Shown here one piece after another: positions 44,588-53,129 of a DNA stretch of 64,000 nucleotides. Both the position numbers and the translations under genes were made by a program. How positions within the stretch are numbered: position 1 is the first letter of the stretch; each line of letters opens with the position of its first letter. Location: assembly GCA_934446065.1 (NCBI GenBank), contig CAKSDP010000006.1:11032-75031 (forward strand). Direction: 5' to 3'. This DNA comes from an uncultured Eubacteriales bacterium (GTDB taxonomy: Bacteria > Bacillota > Clostridia > Oscillospirales > CAG-272). Below the pieces are notes generated by a model. It did no database searches. It was not told the DNA's origin and worked only from the letters and a program-made list of their open reading frames with translations.

Positions 44588-45073
44588 TCACGCCTGTGCA
44601 GCGTCGGGCGCATCCGCTCCGTGAAGTGTCCTGCGTCTGATCGGCGACAGGCGTTTCGTCATAACAAGTTTTGTTCCCTTGCCCGGCGTCGACCGAACCG
44701 AGAGCGTGTCCATAAAGCTCTCCATGATCGAGAATCCCATTCCGCTCCGCTCATCCTCGGGGTCTGTCGTGAAAAGCGGCTCCATAGCAGCCGAAATATC
44801 GGGGATCCCGACGCCGCGGTCGCGAATCTCCACGCGGAACACGCGATCCGGAAGCTGCTTCATCGTCATATGTATCTCGCCGAGCGTGTTCTTGTACGCG
44901 TGAACGATGCAGTTCGTCACTGCCTCGGATACCGCGCACTTTACATCGGCAAGCTCCTCCACAGTCGGGTTCATCTGCGACAGGAATATTCCCGCAAACG
45001 AACGCGCCGTTCCCTCGTTTGCCGAGAGGGAGGGAAGGGTTATGGATACTTCGTTCTGTGCCTTGCATTTCAT
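44588..45073 (-). CDS. spoIIAB: Anti-sigma F factor (serine kinase) SpoIIAB
   Basis: HATPase_c motifs (EAVTNCIVHAY, DRGVGIPD, SGMGFSIM). ATG 45073 sits behind GAAAGGAA. The listed GTG at 45091 is an alternative. Confidence 0.9.
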   Translation of the reverse strand: MKCKAQNEVSITLPSLSANEGTARSFAGIFLSQMNPTVEELADVKCAVSEAVTNCIVHAYKNTLGEIHMTMKQLPDRVFRVEIRDRGVGIPDISAAMEPLFTTDPEDERSGMGFSIMESFMDTLSVRSTPGKGTKLVMTKRLSPIRRRTLHGADAPDAAQA

Positions 45074-45094
45074 TTTTATAGTTCCTTTCACATT

Positions 45095-45421
45095 TCAGTT
45101 TTCTTCGATTTTTATGATCCGTCCCGCGCCCGCCGCTTTTATGATTCTTGAGGCTGACTGTGACGGCTTTTTAACTGTAAATCCGATGCCAAGCTCCGTT
45201 GCCTTATTGTATCGCCCGAGTATAAGCCCGAGCCCCGAGCTATCCATAAAACTTACGCCCGAGAGGTCGAGCGCAAGCGTTGCAGGATGCGCTTTTGCCA
45301 TCTCCATATCTATCATATAGCGCACATCGCGTGCTGCGTGGTGATCTATCTCACCGCACACAAATGCCGTCAGACATTCGTTTTCTGCCTTGAATGTAAC
45401 ATCCGCAGTTTTTCTAAGCAT
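45095..45421 (-). CDS. spoIIAA: Anti-sigma F factor antagonist SpoIIAA (STAS domain)
   Basis: 108 aa. The phosphorylatable Ser context is DLSGVSFMDSSGLGLILGR. AAGGAG RBS. Confidence 0.9.
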   Translation of the reverse strand: MLRKTADVTFKAENECLTAFVCGEIDHHAARDVRYMIDMEMAKAHPATLALDLSGVSFMDSSGLGLILGRYNKATELGIGFTVKKPSQSASRIIKAAGAGRIIKIEEN

Positions 45422-45477
45422 TTTTACGTCTCCTTTTCGGTTCTGTCTCTATTTTATCCGAGTGTGTATGTAAATTC

Positions 45478-45484
45478 TGTCGAA
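45478..45484. promoter_or_regulatory. Perfect Spo0A-box heptamer (TGTCGAA)
   Basis: An exact TGTCGAA lies 57 nt upstream of the spoIIAA ATG, in the divergent intergenic region. Confidence 0.45.
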
Positions 45485-45554
45485 AGGGGGACAGCCGGTA
45501 AAAAAACTCAACTTTCGGTATAGCGGCAGCTATTGCCATGTTAAGGCCTGCGTG

Positions 45555-45583
45555 TTGACAAAAGTTATAAAAAATGATAGAAT
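45555..45583 (+). promoter_or_regulatory. Sigma-A-type promoter for the LRR-dockerin gene
   Basis: TTGACA (45555-45560), a 17-nt spacer, then TGaTAGAAT (-10 at 45578-45583). The ORF-track start at 45552 overlaps this -35 box. Confidence 0.75.
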
Positions 45584-45635
45584 ATACTCATCGGCTGTCG
45601 TAATTGCGCCGTATCGCTTGTATGGGGGTAATTTT

Positions 45636-47255
45636 ATGAAAAAGGTACTTTGTTTCTTGCTTTCCGCCGTTATCATCTCCCTCGCAATTCCGTCTGCTGC
45701 GGCAAATGAATCGCTGTACGGATGTGAAGAATTATCGGACGGAACGCTCAGCATAAATACGTATCTCGGAAACGAGCCTGATATAACTCTCCCGACCGTA
45801 CTGTTCGGTCATAACGTAACCCATGTAGGTTCCAATGCATTCAAAAGGCACCGCACGCTTCACAGCATTACGATGCCCGTAGGATATAAGATTGTCGGCG
45901 AATACGCCTTTATGAACAGCCCTGTTGAGATCGTAAATCTCCTGGAGGGACTGACGGAGATCGGCGGAAGCGCTTTCCGCGGATGCATTGCGCTTAAAGA
46001 AATAACTATACCCGGAACGGTTGAGACTATCGGCGGCGGATCATTCAAGGAATGTACATCGCTGGCAGCTATCCGCATCGGCGAAGGCGTGAAAACCATC
46101 GTCCCTGCGATGTTCGCAAAATGCTCCGCTCTCACCGATATTGTGATACCAAGTACCGTGACCTCTATCGGCGGCAGCGCATTTTCCGAGTGTACGTCAC
46201 TCACTATGATAACGATCCCCGAAAGCGTAACGTCTATTGCCGACAACGCGTTTCAAGGAACGCCCTCGGTCACCATAAGATGCCCCGTAGGAAGCACCGC
46301 GCACGACTATGCCGTAGCAAAGTCAATCCCCGTATCGCTTATATGCGACCACGTGCACACCGAACAGCGCGACGCAGTCGCTCCGAGCTGCACTGCTCCC
46401 GGCTATACCGGCGACACATGGTGCCTTGACTGTAATACAAAGATCAGTTCCGGCTCACCTATCGACAAGCTCGATCATGTTGATGCCGACGGCCTTATCC
46501 ACTCGGATGATGACGGTCACTTCTACATCTGCTCCTGCGGAGCCGAGTTCGATCGTGAACCCCATACAGGCGGCGAGCCTTCCTGTGTATCCGGCGCTAT
46601 CTGCGACATATGCAAAACCGAGTACGGCGCACACGATCCCAACAATCACAAGAATACCGAGGTTCGCGGAGCGGTTGAAGCCGTATGCGGAGTTTCCGGT
46701 TATACGGGTGACACCTGGTGCCTCGACTGCGAGACGATGATAAAGGAAGGCGAGAGCACAAACCCCGAGAGGGAACACGTCGACGCCGACGGTATCATAA
46801 ATTACGATGATAACGGTCATTTCTACATCTGCTCCTGCGGAGCCGAGTTCGGACGTGAGCCGCACACAGGCGGCGAGCCCTCTTGCGTATCCGGTCCTAT
46901 CTGCGACATATGCAAAACCGAGTATGGCGAACTCAATCCCGACATCCACAAGAATACGGAGACCCGCAATCGAGTGAGTCCTACATATACATCAGAGGGA
47001 TGGAGCGGTGATATCTACTGCAAAGACTGCGAGAAGCTCCTCCACAGCGGTTCAGTGCTACCGAAGCTCCACCTTCGCGGTGATGCAGACGGTGACGGTA
47101 AAGTTTCGGTCAGCGACGCGATCGTTGTCCTCAAGGCGGTCGCAGAATGGGATATAGAATATAATTCCGAATTCTGCGACGTGAACACCGACGGTACCGT
47201 ATCAGTGCTTGATGCAATAGTTATTCTGAAAATAGTTGCAGGATGGGATATATAA
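45636..47255 (+). CDS. Secreted BspA-type LRR protein with tandem Cys/His-rich modules and a C-terminal two-repeat dockerin
   Basis: Signal peptide MKKVLCFLLSAVIISLAIPSAAA. LRR_5-like repeats (ITIPxxVxxIGxxAFxxCxxL). Three GYTGDTWCLDC-type modules. Dockerin GDADGDGKVSVSDAIVVLKAVAEW ... CDVNTDGTVSVLDAIVILKIVAGW. Confidence 0.88.
   Translation: MKKVLCFLLSAVIISLAIPSAAANESLYGCEELSDGTLSINTYLGNEPDITLPTVLFGHNVTHVGSNAFKRHRTLHSITMPVGYKIVGEYAFMNSPVEIVNLLEGLTEIGGSAFRGCIALKEITIPGTVETIGGGSFKECTSLAAIRIGEGVKTIVPAMFAKCSALTDIVIPSTVTSIGGSAFSECTSLTMITIPESVTSIADNAFQGTPSVTIRCPVGSTAHDYAVAKSIPVSLICDHVHTEQRDAVAPSCTAPGYTGDTWCLDCNTKISSGSPIDKLDHVDADGLIHSDDDGHFYICSCGAEFDREPHTGGEPSCVSGAICDICKTEYGAHDPNNHKNTEVRGAVEAVCGVSGYTGDTWCLDCETMIKEGESTNPEREHVDADGIINYDDNGHFYICSCGAEFGREPHTGGEPSCVSGPICDICKTEYGELNPDIHKNTETRNRVSPTYTSEGWSGDIYCKDCEKLLHSGSVLPKLHLRGDADGDGKVSVSDAIVVLKAVAEWDIEYNSEFCDVNTDGTVSVLDAIVILKIVAGWDI
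46344..47072 (+). repeat. Intragenic tandem repeat with a 300-nt (100-aa) period, about 2.4 copies
   Basis: Exact 31-nt block ttctacatctgctcctgcggagccgagttcg at 46521 and 46821. Exact 28-nt block ctatctgcgacatatgcaaaaccgagta at 46597 and 46897. The GYTGDTWC-coding segment occurs at 46401, 46698 and (diverged) 46998. Confidence 0.9.
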
Positions 47256-47298
47256 AAAAATGGCTGTCGCGGCACACAGTCTGCGACAGCCATTTTTA
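47254..47298. terminator. Bidirectional rho-independent terminator
   Basis: 11-bp stem ATGGCTGTCGC (47260-47270) pairs with GCGACAGCCAT (47283-47293), flanked by A7 and T5 runs. It sits between convergent genes. Confidence 0.9.
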
Positions 47299-47307
47299 CG
47301 CGGTCAT

Positions 47308-48171
47308 TTATTTATATAACAGTTTGTTGATCTCAGCTCCGGCAAGCAGAATTATCATACAGAAGTAAAGCCAAAACATAAGGAGCATGATCGCAGCAAG
47401 GCTTCCGTAAATGTAGGATGCGGAAGGGAAGTATTGCAGATAAAGCGAGTAAAAATAAGAGAACAGCATCCATCCGGCTGACGCAAACGCCGCGCCGGGC
47501 AGCTGCGAGCGGTATTTTCTAAGCGTTCCAGAGGAACGGATTATACCTTTTGATACCGCAAAATACACAAGCGAGAAGAAAAGTGACAGAACAACAAAGA
47601 AAAATACACCGCGAAGCGAGAGGATGAGCGACACAACATTCTCAAGTCTCGGAAACTTGTATATAACGATGTTCTTAATCGTCGCACCGAATACGAGAAT
47701 GACGAGCGCGCCGAGTATGATCGCGACAAACGCGAGCGTGTATAGGATAGAGTAAAGCAGATCGCGCATAGGCGTTACCTTACCGTCTGTGTCGTAGATG
47801 AACGCAACTCCCCTGACGACCGCCGCGACGCTGCGGCTGCTGCTCCACAGAGCAGTGAGCGCCGTGATCGACAGGATCGAGATCCCCGCATGATTGTTTA
47901 TCTCATTATATATAACGGTGAAAAGGTCCGTGAATTTGTCGGGAATTATCTGACGCACCGCCGTGAAGAGCGAATCGATCGCCTCCGGGATCACATACCG
48001 GCTGAGAGAGATCAGCAGCATGAGAAACGGTATCGACGACATGATTATATAAAATGTAGCCTGCGCGGCGTAAACCGTAACGCAGTCCGCGGTGAAAGTG
48101 CCCATGATCTCAAACACCTTTGAGACAGCAAGGCGCAGGTTCACAACAAATGAATTCTTTTCTGATTTCAT
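47308..48171 (-). CDS. YihY/BrkB-family membrane protein
   Basis: Six TM helices with typical YihY layout and length. ATG 48171 lies 5 nt after AGGA. The listed TTG at 48183 includes that RBS. Confidence 0.7.
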   Translation of the reverse strand: MKSEKNSFVVNLRLAVSKVFEIMGTFTADCVTVYAAQATFYIIMSSIPFLMLLISLSRYVIPEAIDSLFTAVRQIIPDKFTDLFTVIYNEINNHAGISILSITALTALWSSSRSVAAVVRGVAFIYDTDGKVTPMRDLLYSILYTLAFVAIILGALVILVFGATIKNIVIYKFPRLENVVSLILSLRGVFFFVVLSLFFSLVYFAVSKGIIRSSGTLRKYRSQLPGAAFASAGWMLFSYFYSLYLQYFPSASYIYGSLAAIMLLMFWLYFCMIILLAGAEINKLLYK

Positions 48172-48226
48172 ATATATCCTCAAATCCGAACGCAGATATA
48201 AAAAAGCATATAAACCATTTTACGTA

Positions 48227-48256
48227 ATTATACACCAAAGTGGGGTCAAAGTTCAA
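48227..48256 (-). promoter_or_regulatory. Sigma-A-type promoter for the yihY-like gene
   Basis: Minus strand reads TTGAAC (48256-48251), an 18-nt spacer, then TATAAT (48232-48227). Confidence 0.6.
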
Positions 48257-48305
48257 GCCTTTTTGGATATCTGTGTCCGCAGTGGCATAAAAAGTGAAAT
48301 ATATA

Positions 48306-48334
48306 TTGATTTTTCAGAGGAAATATTGTATAAT
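48306..48334 (+). promoter_or_regulatory. Sigma-A-type promoter for the Wzy_C/TagO operon
   Basis: TTGATT (48306-48311), a 17-nt spacer, then TATAAT (48329-48334). Confidence 0.65.
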
Positions 48335-48386
48335 AACTAAGTATGTATACAGTGGGAAATATTATATGTGAGGTGGGAAGCTTTAC

Positions 48387-50465
48387 GTGAATAGAAATAC
48401 CGGTGTAAAACGGACACGGCAGAAAAGCGTGATCATATCAGCGCTTGACTCCGTCGCCGATAAAATATATTCAGCTCTGCGGAACGGTTTTTTCGGAAGG
48501 ATCTTTACATCCTACACCGGAAACGTCGGAACCATCGCAGCAAAGGTAACGGGGAAGAGCGCGTTTTCGGACAAGCTCGATTCCGCACGCCGCACCGTCG
48601 CGAAAACCATCGAGAGTTCGCTTGCGGCAAAGCTCTACGCGTGGCTCGTGCATTACCTCCTGTCGTGTCGGGTCAAGGTGTACGGCACGGTCTTTGAAAC
48701 GTTCTTCATCTATTCTGCCGTAGTGCAGGTATATTCGTTCTACAAGAGCGGCTTTTCGGGAATCCCGTTTGATCTGATATCGACTCTGCTCGCGGCGATA
48801 GCGGTATTGCCGTTGCTCACGTCAAATCTGCCGCTTTTCACGCTTCTTGCAAAATCGCCGGTAGGGCGCCGCGTTCTTGTGGTGACGGGCAACAGGTGCG
48901 AAGGCGCCGATGAGTACGCTGCTCGCGGCAGGTGCAACATCGGCTTCGTTGTCGGAACAGTCCTCGGACTCGCAACATTTTTCGTCCCGGCTGATCTTAT
49001 GATCAAGCTTGCGATCCGCGGCATCTGGGCAATGCTCGTTTTCCATTCACCCGAGTTCGGTATCGTCTCTCTCGCGTTTATGATGCCGTTTGATAAAACG
49101 ATGATGCTCGTCGCGGAGACGGCGATCGTCATCCTTTCGTTCGTGCTCAAGCTGATCCTCGGCAAGCGCACGATAAAGCTTGAGGCTGTTGATATTGCCG
49201 CTCTCCTCTTTGCGGTAATGATGCTCATCGGCGGCGTGTTCTCAATGTCGCGTGCGTCACTCAAGCCGATGCTTGTCTACCTCTGCTTCATGGCGGTCTA
49301 TTTCCTCATCGTGTGCCTTATACGCACGGGAGAATGGCTCAGCCGATGCGTTATTTCCGCAGTGGCATCCGGCACCGCCGTCGCCGCATACGGAATCTTC
49401 CAGTACCTCACCGGAAGGATCGGCTTCTCTACGAAATGGCTCGACTCCGAAATGTTCGAGGACATAAGCGGACGCGCGATCTCCACACTTGAGAATCCGA
49501 ATATGCTCGGCGAATATCTTGTAATGATAATCCCGATGGCAGCGGCGCTTATGCTCTGCTCCGAAACTCTCAGACGCCGCGCAATGTATTTCCTTGCGTT
49601 CGGCTGTCTCGGCTGCTGTCTCATCGTAACATGGAGCCGCGGCGCGTGGCTCGGCATGATGTTTGCGGCACTTGTGTTCTGCCTTATTTGGAGCAAGCGC
49701 TGCCTGCACCTGTTCTGGGTGCTCGTTCTCTCCATCCCTTTTCTTCCGATAATATTACCGCAGAATATCCTGCTCCGCTTCGCGAGCATCGGTAATGTCG
49801 CGGATACATCCACGTCGTACCGCCTCAATATTTGGCTCGGCACCGTGAAAACGCTGCCGTCCCGTATCCTCTCCGGAATCGGAATCGGCGAGGGCGCGTG
49901 GAAGCTTGTCTATCCGCACTACGCGCTGACCGGAGTTTCCGAGGCTCCGCATTCCCACAGCCTGTATTTTCAGATATGGGTCGAAATGGGGTTTGTCGCG
50001 CTTGTAATATTTGTGATCTTCCTCGGAATGATGTTTGCATCGAACTTCTCAATGTACGCAAAGCTGTCAGACGCGGGCGATTCGCTCATCTCAAGGATCA
50101 CGCCCGCTCCTCTCAAGGATGCGCCGGCAAGCGAGCGCCGTATTTCTCCCGAGGAATACGAGGATCGCAGACTCCGCCGCTCACGCAATTTCTTCAGGCT
50201 TATGGCAGCGGCACCGCTCTGCGGAATATCCGGTGTTCTTGTACAGGGATTCACGGATTATATGTGGTATAACTACCGTGTGTATCTCATGTTCTGGATA
50301 TGCCTCGGTCTTACTGCTGCGTTTGCAAGATTCGGCCGCGAACGCATTGCCGCCGGGGAATCGCTTATGGATGACGACAGCTCCACCGCAGTGGCGGACA
50401 TTACACTTGCTAAATCAAGAGAAAAAGCCGGGCAGGAGTGTGCCGGAGAAGAAGGACGGGTTTGA
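48387..50465 (+). CDS. Large multi-pass O-antigen-ligase/Wzy_C-family protein (ligase, polymerase or O-oligosaccharyltransferase)
   Basis: 692 aa with at least 12 TM helices. Wzy_C-type blocks IVTWSRGAWLGMMFAAL and APHSHSLYFQIWVEMGFVAL. GTG start behind GAGGTGGGA. Confidence 0.7.
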   Translation: MNRNTGVKRTRQKSVIISALDSVADKIYSALRNGFFGRIFTSYTGNVGTIAAKVTGKSAFSDKLDSARRTVAKTIESSLAAKLYAWLVHYLLSCRVKVYGTVFETFFIYSAVVQVYSFYKSGFSGIPFDLISTLLAAIAVLPLLTSNLPLFTLLAKSPVGRRVLVVTGNRCEGADEYAARGRCNIGFVVGTVLGLATFFVPADLMIKLAIRGIWAMLVFHSPEFGIVSLAFMMPFDKTMMLVAETAIVILSFVLKLILGKRTIKLEAVDIAALLFAVMMLIGGVFSMSRASLKPMLVYLCFMAVYFLIVCLIRTGEWLSRCVISAVASGTAVAAYGIFQYLTGRIGFSTKWLDSEMFEDISGRAISTLENPNMLGEYLVMIIPMAAALMLCSETLRRRAMYFLAFGCLGCCLIVTWSRGAWLGMMFAALVFCLIWSKRCLHLFWVLVLSIPFLPIILPQNILLRFASIGNVADTSTSYRLNIWLGTVKTLPSRILSGIGIGEGAWKLVYPHYALTGVSEAPHSHSLYFQIWVEMGFVALVIFVIFLGMMFASNFSMYAKLSDAGDSLISRITPAPLKDAPASERRISPEEYEDRRLRRSRNFFRLMAAAPLCGISGVLVQGFTDYMWYNYRVYLMFWICLGLTAAFARFGRERIAAGESLMDDDSSTAVADITLAKSREKAGQECAGEEGRV

Positions 50466-50467
50466 TT

Positions 50468-50947
50468 ATGCAGAAAAAGAAGGCTTCATTCAATATTATA
50501 GACGCCCTCATTATAATACTTGTGATAGCCGTGTTTGCAGGAGGATATGTTATGTTCTTCCGTGATCGCGGTACCGTTACGGAGGAGTCCACCAAAAAGG
50601 TCAGATACGTGATCCAGGTGTCAAACCTCCCCGCGGAATTTGCGGATAACGCAAAGGTGTCCGAAACTGTCTTTGACACAGGCACAAAAACCGCAGCCGG
50701 AGTTATCACCGCAGTCGATTTTGAGCCTGCCACCCATATCGGACACGATAAGATCAACGGCAAGCAGACCATCTCTCCGGTCGACGGTTACGTTAATCTC
50801 TACATAACCATCGAGGGTGATGCCGTAGAGAAGAACAATACCTACGTTGTCCAGGAGACGAGCGTCTACGTCGGAAAATATCTTGAAATGATGCTGCCTG
50901 ATCTCAGCTGCTCCGGAAGCTGCATCAGCCTCGAAGTGGTGCAGTAA
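50468..50947 (+). CDS. Single-pass membrane protein, DUF4330-like
   Basis: MQKKKASFNIIDALIIILVIAVFAGG anchor plus a ~130-aa beta-rich domain, a pattern I recall for DUF4330. It starts 2 nt after the upstream stop. Confidence 0.55.
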   Translation: MQKKKASFNIIDALIIILVIAVFAGGYVMFFRDRGTVTEESTKKVRYVIQVSNLPAEFADNAKVSETVFDTGTKTAAGVITAVDFEPATHIGHDKINGKQTISPVDGYVNLYITIEGDAVEKNNTYVVQETSVYVGKYLEMMLPDLSCSGSCISLEVVQ

Positions 50948-50992
50948 CGCTGTCGCGTTTATCGCGCACGTGAAGTAAGAAAGGCATTCTTT

Positions 50993-52189
50993 ATGGAATT
51001 ACAAACATTTATGTATGTGCTCGCGGCGGCGCTGTGCGCAGCACTCGTCTCTTTTACGATGACACCGCCGGTGCGTGTGCTCGCGTACAAGATCGGTGCC
51101 ATTGATGTGCCGCTCGACAAGCGCAGAATGCATAAAAAGCCTATCCCTCGCATCGGCGGGCTTGCAATATTCTCGGGCTTCCTTGTAGCAAGCCTGCTGT
51201 TCTGCCCGATGAGCGCTCCGCTCAAATCCATTTGGATCGGCGGCAGCATACTTGTGATAATCGGTGTGCTCGACGATATCTTTAGACTGTCGGCACTTCT
51301 CAAGCTTGCGGTGCAGATCATAGCAGCGCTCGTTCCCGTGTTCTTCGGCGTAACGATCAACCACATAAGCCTGTTCGGACACGTGTTCGTCCTCGGCGTG
51401 TGGGGCATCCCGTTCACCGTACTGTGGATCGTGGGACTGACAAATGCAATCAACCTCATCGACGGTCTTGACGGCCTCGCCTGCGGCGTATCGGCGATCT
51501 GCTCGGCATCGATCCTCGGTGTCATGATAATCGTCGGCGATACCGCATCGGCACTTATTACCGTTCTCATCACCGCTTCGTGTATCGGATTCCTGCCGTT
51601 CAACAAGAATCCCGCCCGTATATTCATGGGCGATACTGGATCGCTGTTCCTCGGATATTCACTTGCCGTCATCTCAACAAGCGGTCTGTTCAAGCTTCAC
51701 ACGGTGATCTCATTCCTCATCCCTATCACGGTCTTTGCGCTCCCGCTCTTTGATACTATCGCGGCGATCCTCCGCCGTGTTCTCAGCGGCCGCAGCCCGT
51801 TTGCACCGGATAAGGGACACCTCCATCACAAGCTTGTCGATATGGGATTCACCCAGAAGGAATCGGTCAAGATCCTGTACGCTATATGTTCACTCATGGG
51901 CATCGTCGCGATCGTATTCACCGATACAATGTTCGACAGCTCACGCCTTGTAAAAGCACTGCTTCTGCTCCTTTGCGCGATCATCATACTCGTGCTCAAT
52001 TATATCGTCATGGTGAACCCCGCATCGAGACTCCATTCGGGACTTTTCGATGACGAGAACGAGGAGGCGTACAAGAAGCTTCAGCACAAGGTCGAGCTTC
52101 TTAATGCTGAAAACGAAGAAAAGAAAAACGAATGTAACTCCAAGATCAAAAACTCTGACGAGGGAGACAGTAATAACAATGAAAAGTGA
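50993..52189 (+). CDS. tagO: GT4 MraY-family undecaprenyl-phosphate N-acetylhexosamine-1-phosphate transferase (TagO/WecA type)
   Basis: KPIPRIGGLAIF, NAINLIDGLDGLA, FMGDTGSLFLGY and HLHHKL motifs. It has an unusual ~45-aa charged C-terminal tail. Confidence 0.9.
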   Translation: MELQTFMYVLAAALCAALVSFTMTPPVRVLAYKIGAIDVPLDKRRMHKKPIPRIGGLAIFSGFLVASLLFCPMSAPLKSIWIGGSILVIIGVLDDIFRLSALLKLAVQIIAALVPVFFGVTINHISLFGHVFVLGVWGIPFTVLWIVGLTNAINLIDGLDGLACGVSAICSASILGVMIIVGDTASALITVLITASCIGFLPFNKNPARIFMGDTGSLFLGYSLAVISTSGLFKLHTVISFLIPITVFALPLFDTIAAILRRVLSGRSPFAPDKGHLHHKLVDMGFTQKESVKILYAICSLMGIVAIVFTDTMFDSSRLVKALLLLLCAIIILVLNYIVMVNPASRLHSGLFDDENEEAYKKLQHKVELLNAENEEKKNECNSKIKNSDEGDSNNNEK

Positions 52190-52694
52190 GAAAACCGCAC
52201 GCCGCCTTACGGCCATTGATATCTTCATAATACTTGCGGTAGTTGCGGCGATCGTTGCCGCAGGTCTGCGCATCTGGGCGGATCAGAATACCGAACCGAC
52301 AGTAGTTGAGCGTACCGACGATGAGTATATCATATCGTTCGTAAGCTACGGTATGCGCTCTTCCACCGCAAAGCTCCTTTCCATGGGCGATATGTTCTAT
52401 CTCTCAAGCGGAGTAGACGAGTTCGGCGAGCTTCAGAGCGAAGTCTCCATAACCCCCGCCGAGGTGTATATGGAGCTTGAAAACGGGGAATACATCAAGA
52501 CATACGCCGAGGAGAACGGAGACAACACCAAGGTCGATGTCTCCGGCGAGTTCCGCGTAAAGGGCTGCCGCAACCTCGACGGTCTCATGTACATCAACGG
52601 CACCTTCTACATCGCACCGAACATGGGTGTCACCGTCTTTAACAATTTCATGTCACTTTCATTTACCGTAACCGGAATCGAGAAGGTCTCGTAA
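52179..52694 (+). CDS. Single-pass membrane protein, second DUF4330-like paralogue
   Basis: MKSEKTARRLTAIDIFIILAVVAAIVAAGL anchor plus a beta-rich domain. ATG 52179 overlaps the tagO 3' end by 11 nt. The listed start at 52050 lies inside tagO. Confidence 0.5.
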   Translation: MKSEKTARRLTAIDIFIILAVVAAIVAAGLRIWADQNTEPTVVERTDDEYIISFVSYGMRSSTAKLLSMGDMFYLSSGVDEFGELQSEVSITPAEVYMELENGEYIKTYAEENGDNTKVDVSGEFRVKGCRNLDGLMYINGTFYIAPNMGVTVFNNFMSLSFTVTGIEKVS

Positions 52695-52695
52695 T

Positions 52696-53043
52696 ATGGG
52701 CGCTTTCGGCTCCGGCAAAAAGGTGCCGAAGGGCGATCCCGGGCGTCGGGGATTCGGCACAAAAATGGCAAAATATCTTGATGCGAAAGAGCTTCGCTGT
52801 ATAAGTGAACGCCGCGACGGAGTCGAGTGCGTTCTCGCGCACGGCGGGGTGATCGCATACAAAAACAAAAAACTGTATCTCGTTGACGACTCCGGATCCG
52901 TGCTTTTTTCATGTGTAGCAGAGCACATGAATTCCGGCGAGCTTATGTCGCTTGAGGGAGTCGTGATCGACGCCGTTGATGCGGAGTCGGGAAATATGCG
53001 GCATATGATTGCATATTATAAGTATTGGCGTCCGCTTGACTGA
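52696..53043 (+). CDS. Small hypothetical protein (115 aa; the core may start at MAKYLD, nt 52765)
   Basis: It starts 1 nt after the upstream stop. G/K-rich N-terminus followed by a compact domain. The antisense 101-aa ORF is Arg-rich junk. Confidence 0.45.
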   Translation: MGAFGSGKKVPKGDPGRRGFGTKMAKYLDAKELRCISERRDGVECVLAHGGVIAYKNKKLYLVDDSGSVLFSCVAEHMNSGELMSLEGVVIDAVDAESGNMRHMIAYYKYWRPLD

Positions 53044-53080
53044 CTTTTTTGCGTCAGTGTAGAATTGTTAATATTTAATG

Positions 53081-53089
53081 TGCTATAAT
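53081..53089 (+). promoter_or_regulatory. Extended -10 promoter element for the LCP-like gene
   Basis: TGcTATAAT at 53081-53089, 40 nt before ATG 53130. There is no good -35 at 17 nt. Confidence 0.5.
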
Positions 53090-53129
53090 GCTTGTGTGAA
53101 AACGACTCCATCGTGATCGGAGGAACATA

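Noticed and set aside
45440-45477. Sigma-H promoter for spoIIA (ACAGAATTT resembles RnAGGAwww)
   Set aside because: No acceptable GAAT-type -10 lies at 11-12 nt, so the match is one half-site only.
46344-47072. Possibility that the 300-bp repeats are template/variable repeats of a diversity-generating retroelement
   Set aside because: No reverse transcriptase gene is present anywhere in the window. Differences between the copies are not adenine-specific (many T/C and G/A changes). Both copies are in-frame parts of one gene.
52607-52928. 101-aa and 89-aa minus-strand ORFs
   Set aside because: They are antisense to the tightly packed plus-strand operon, have Arg/Ser-rich composition and lack an RBS.
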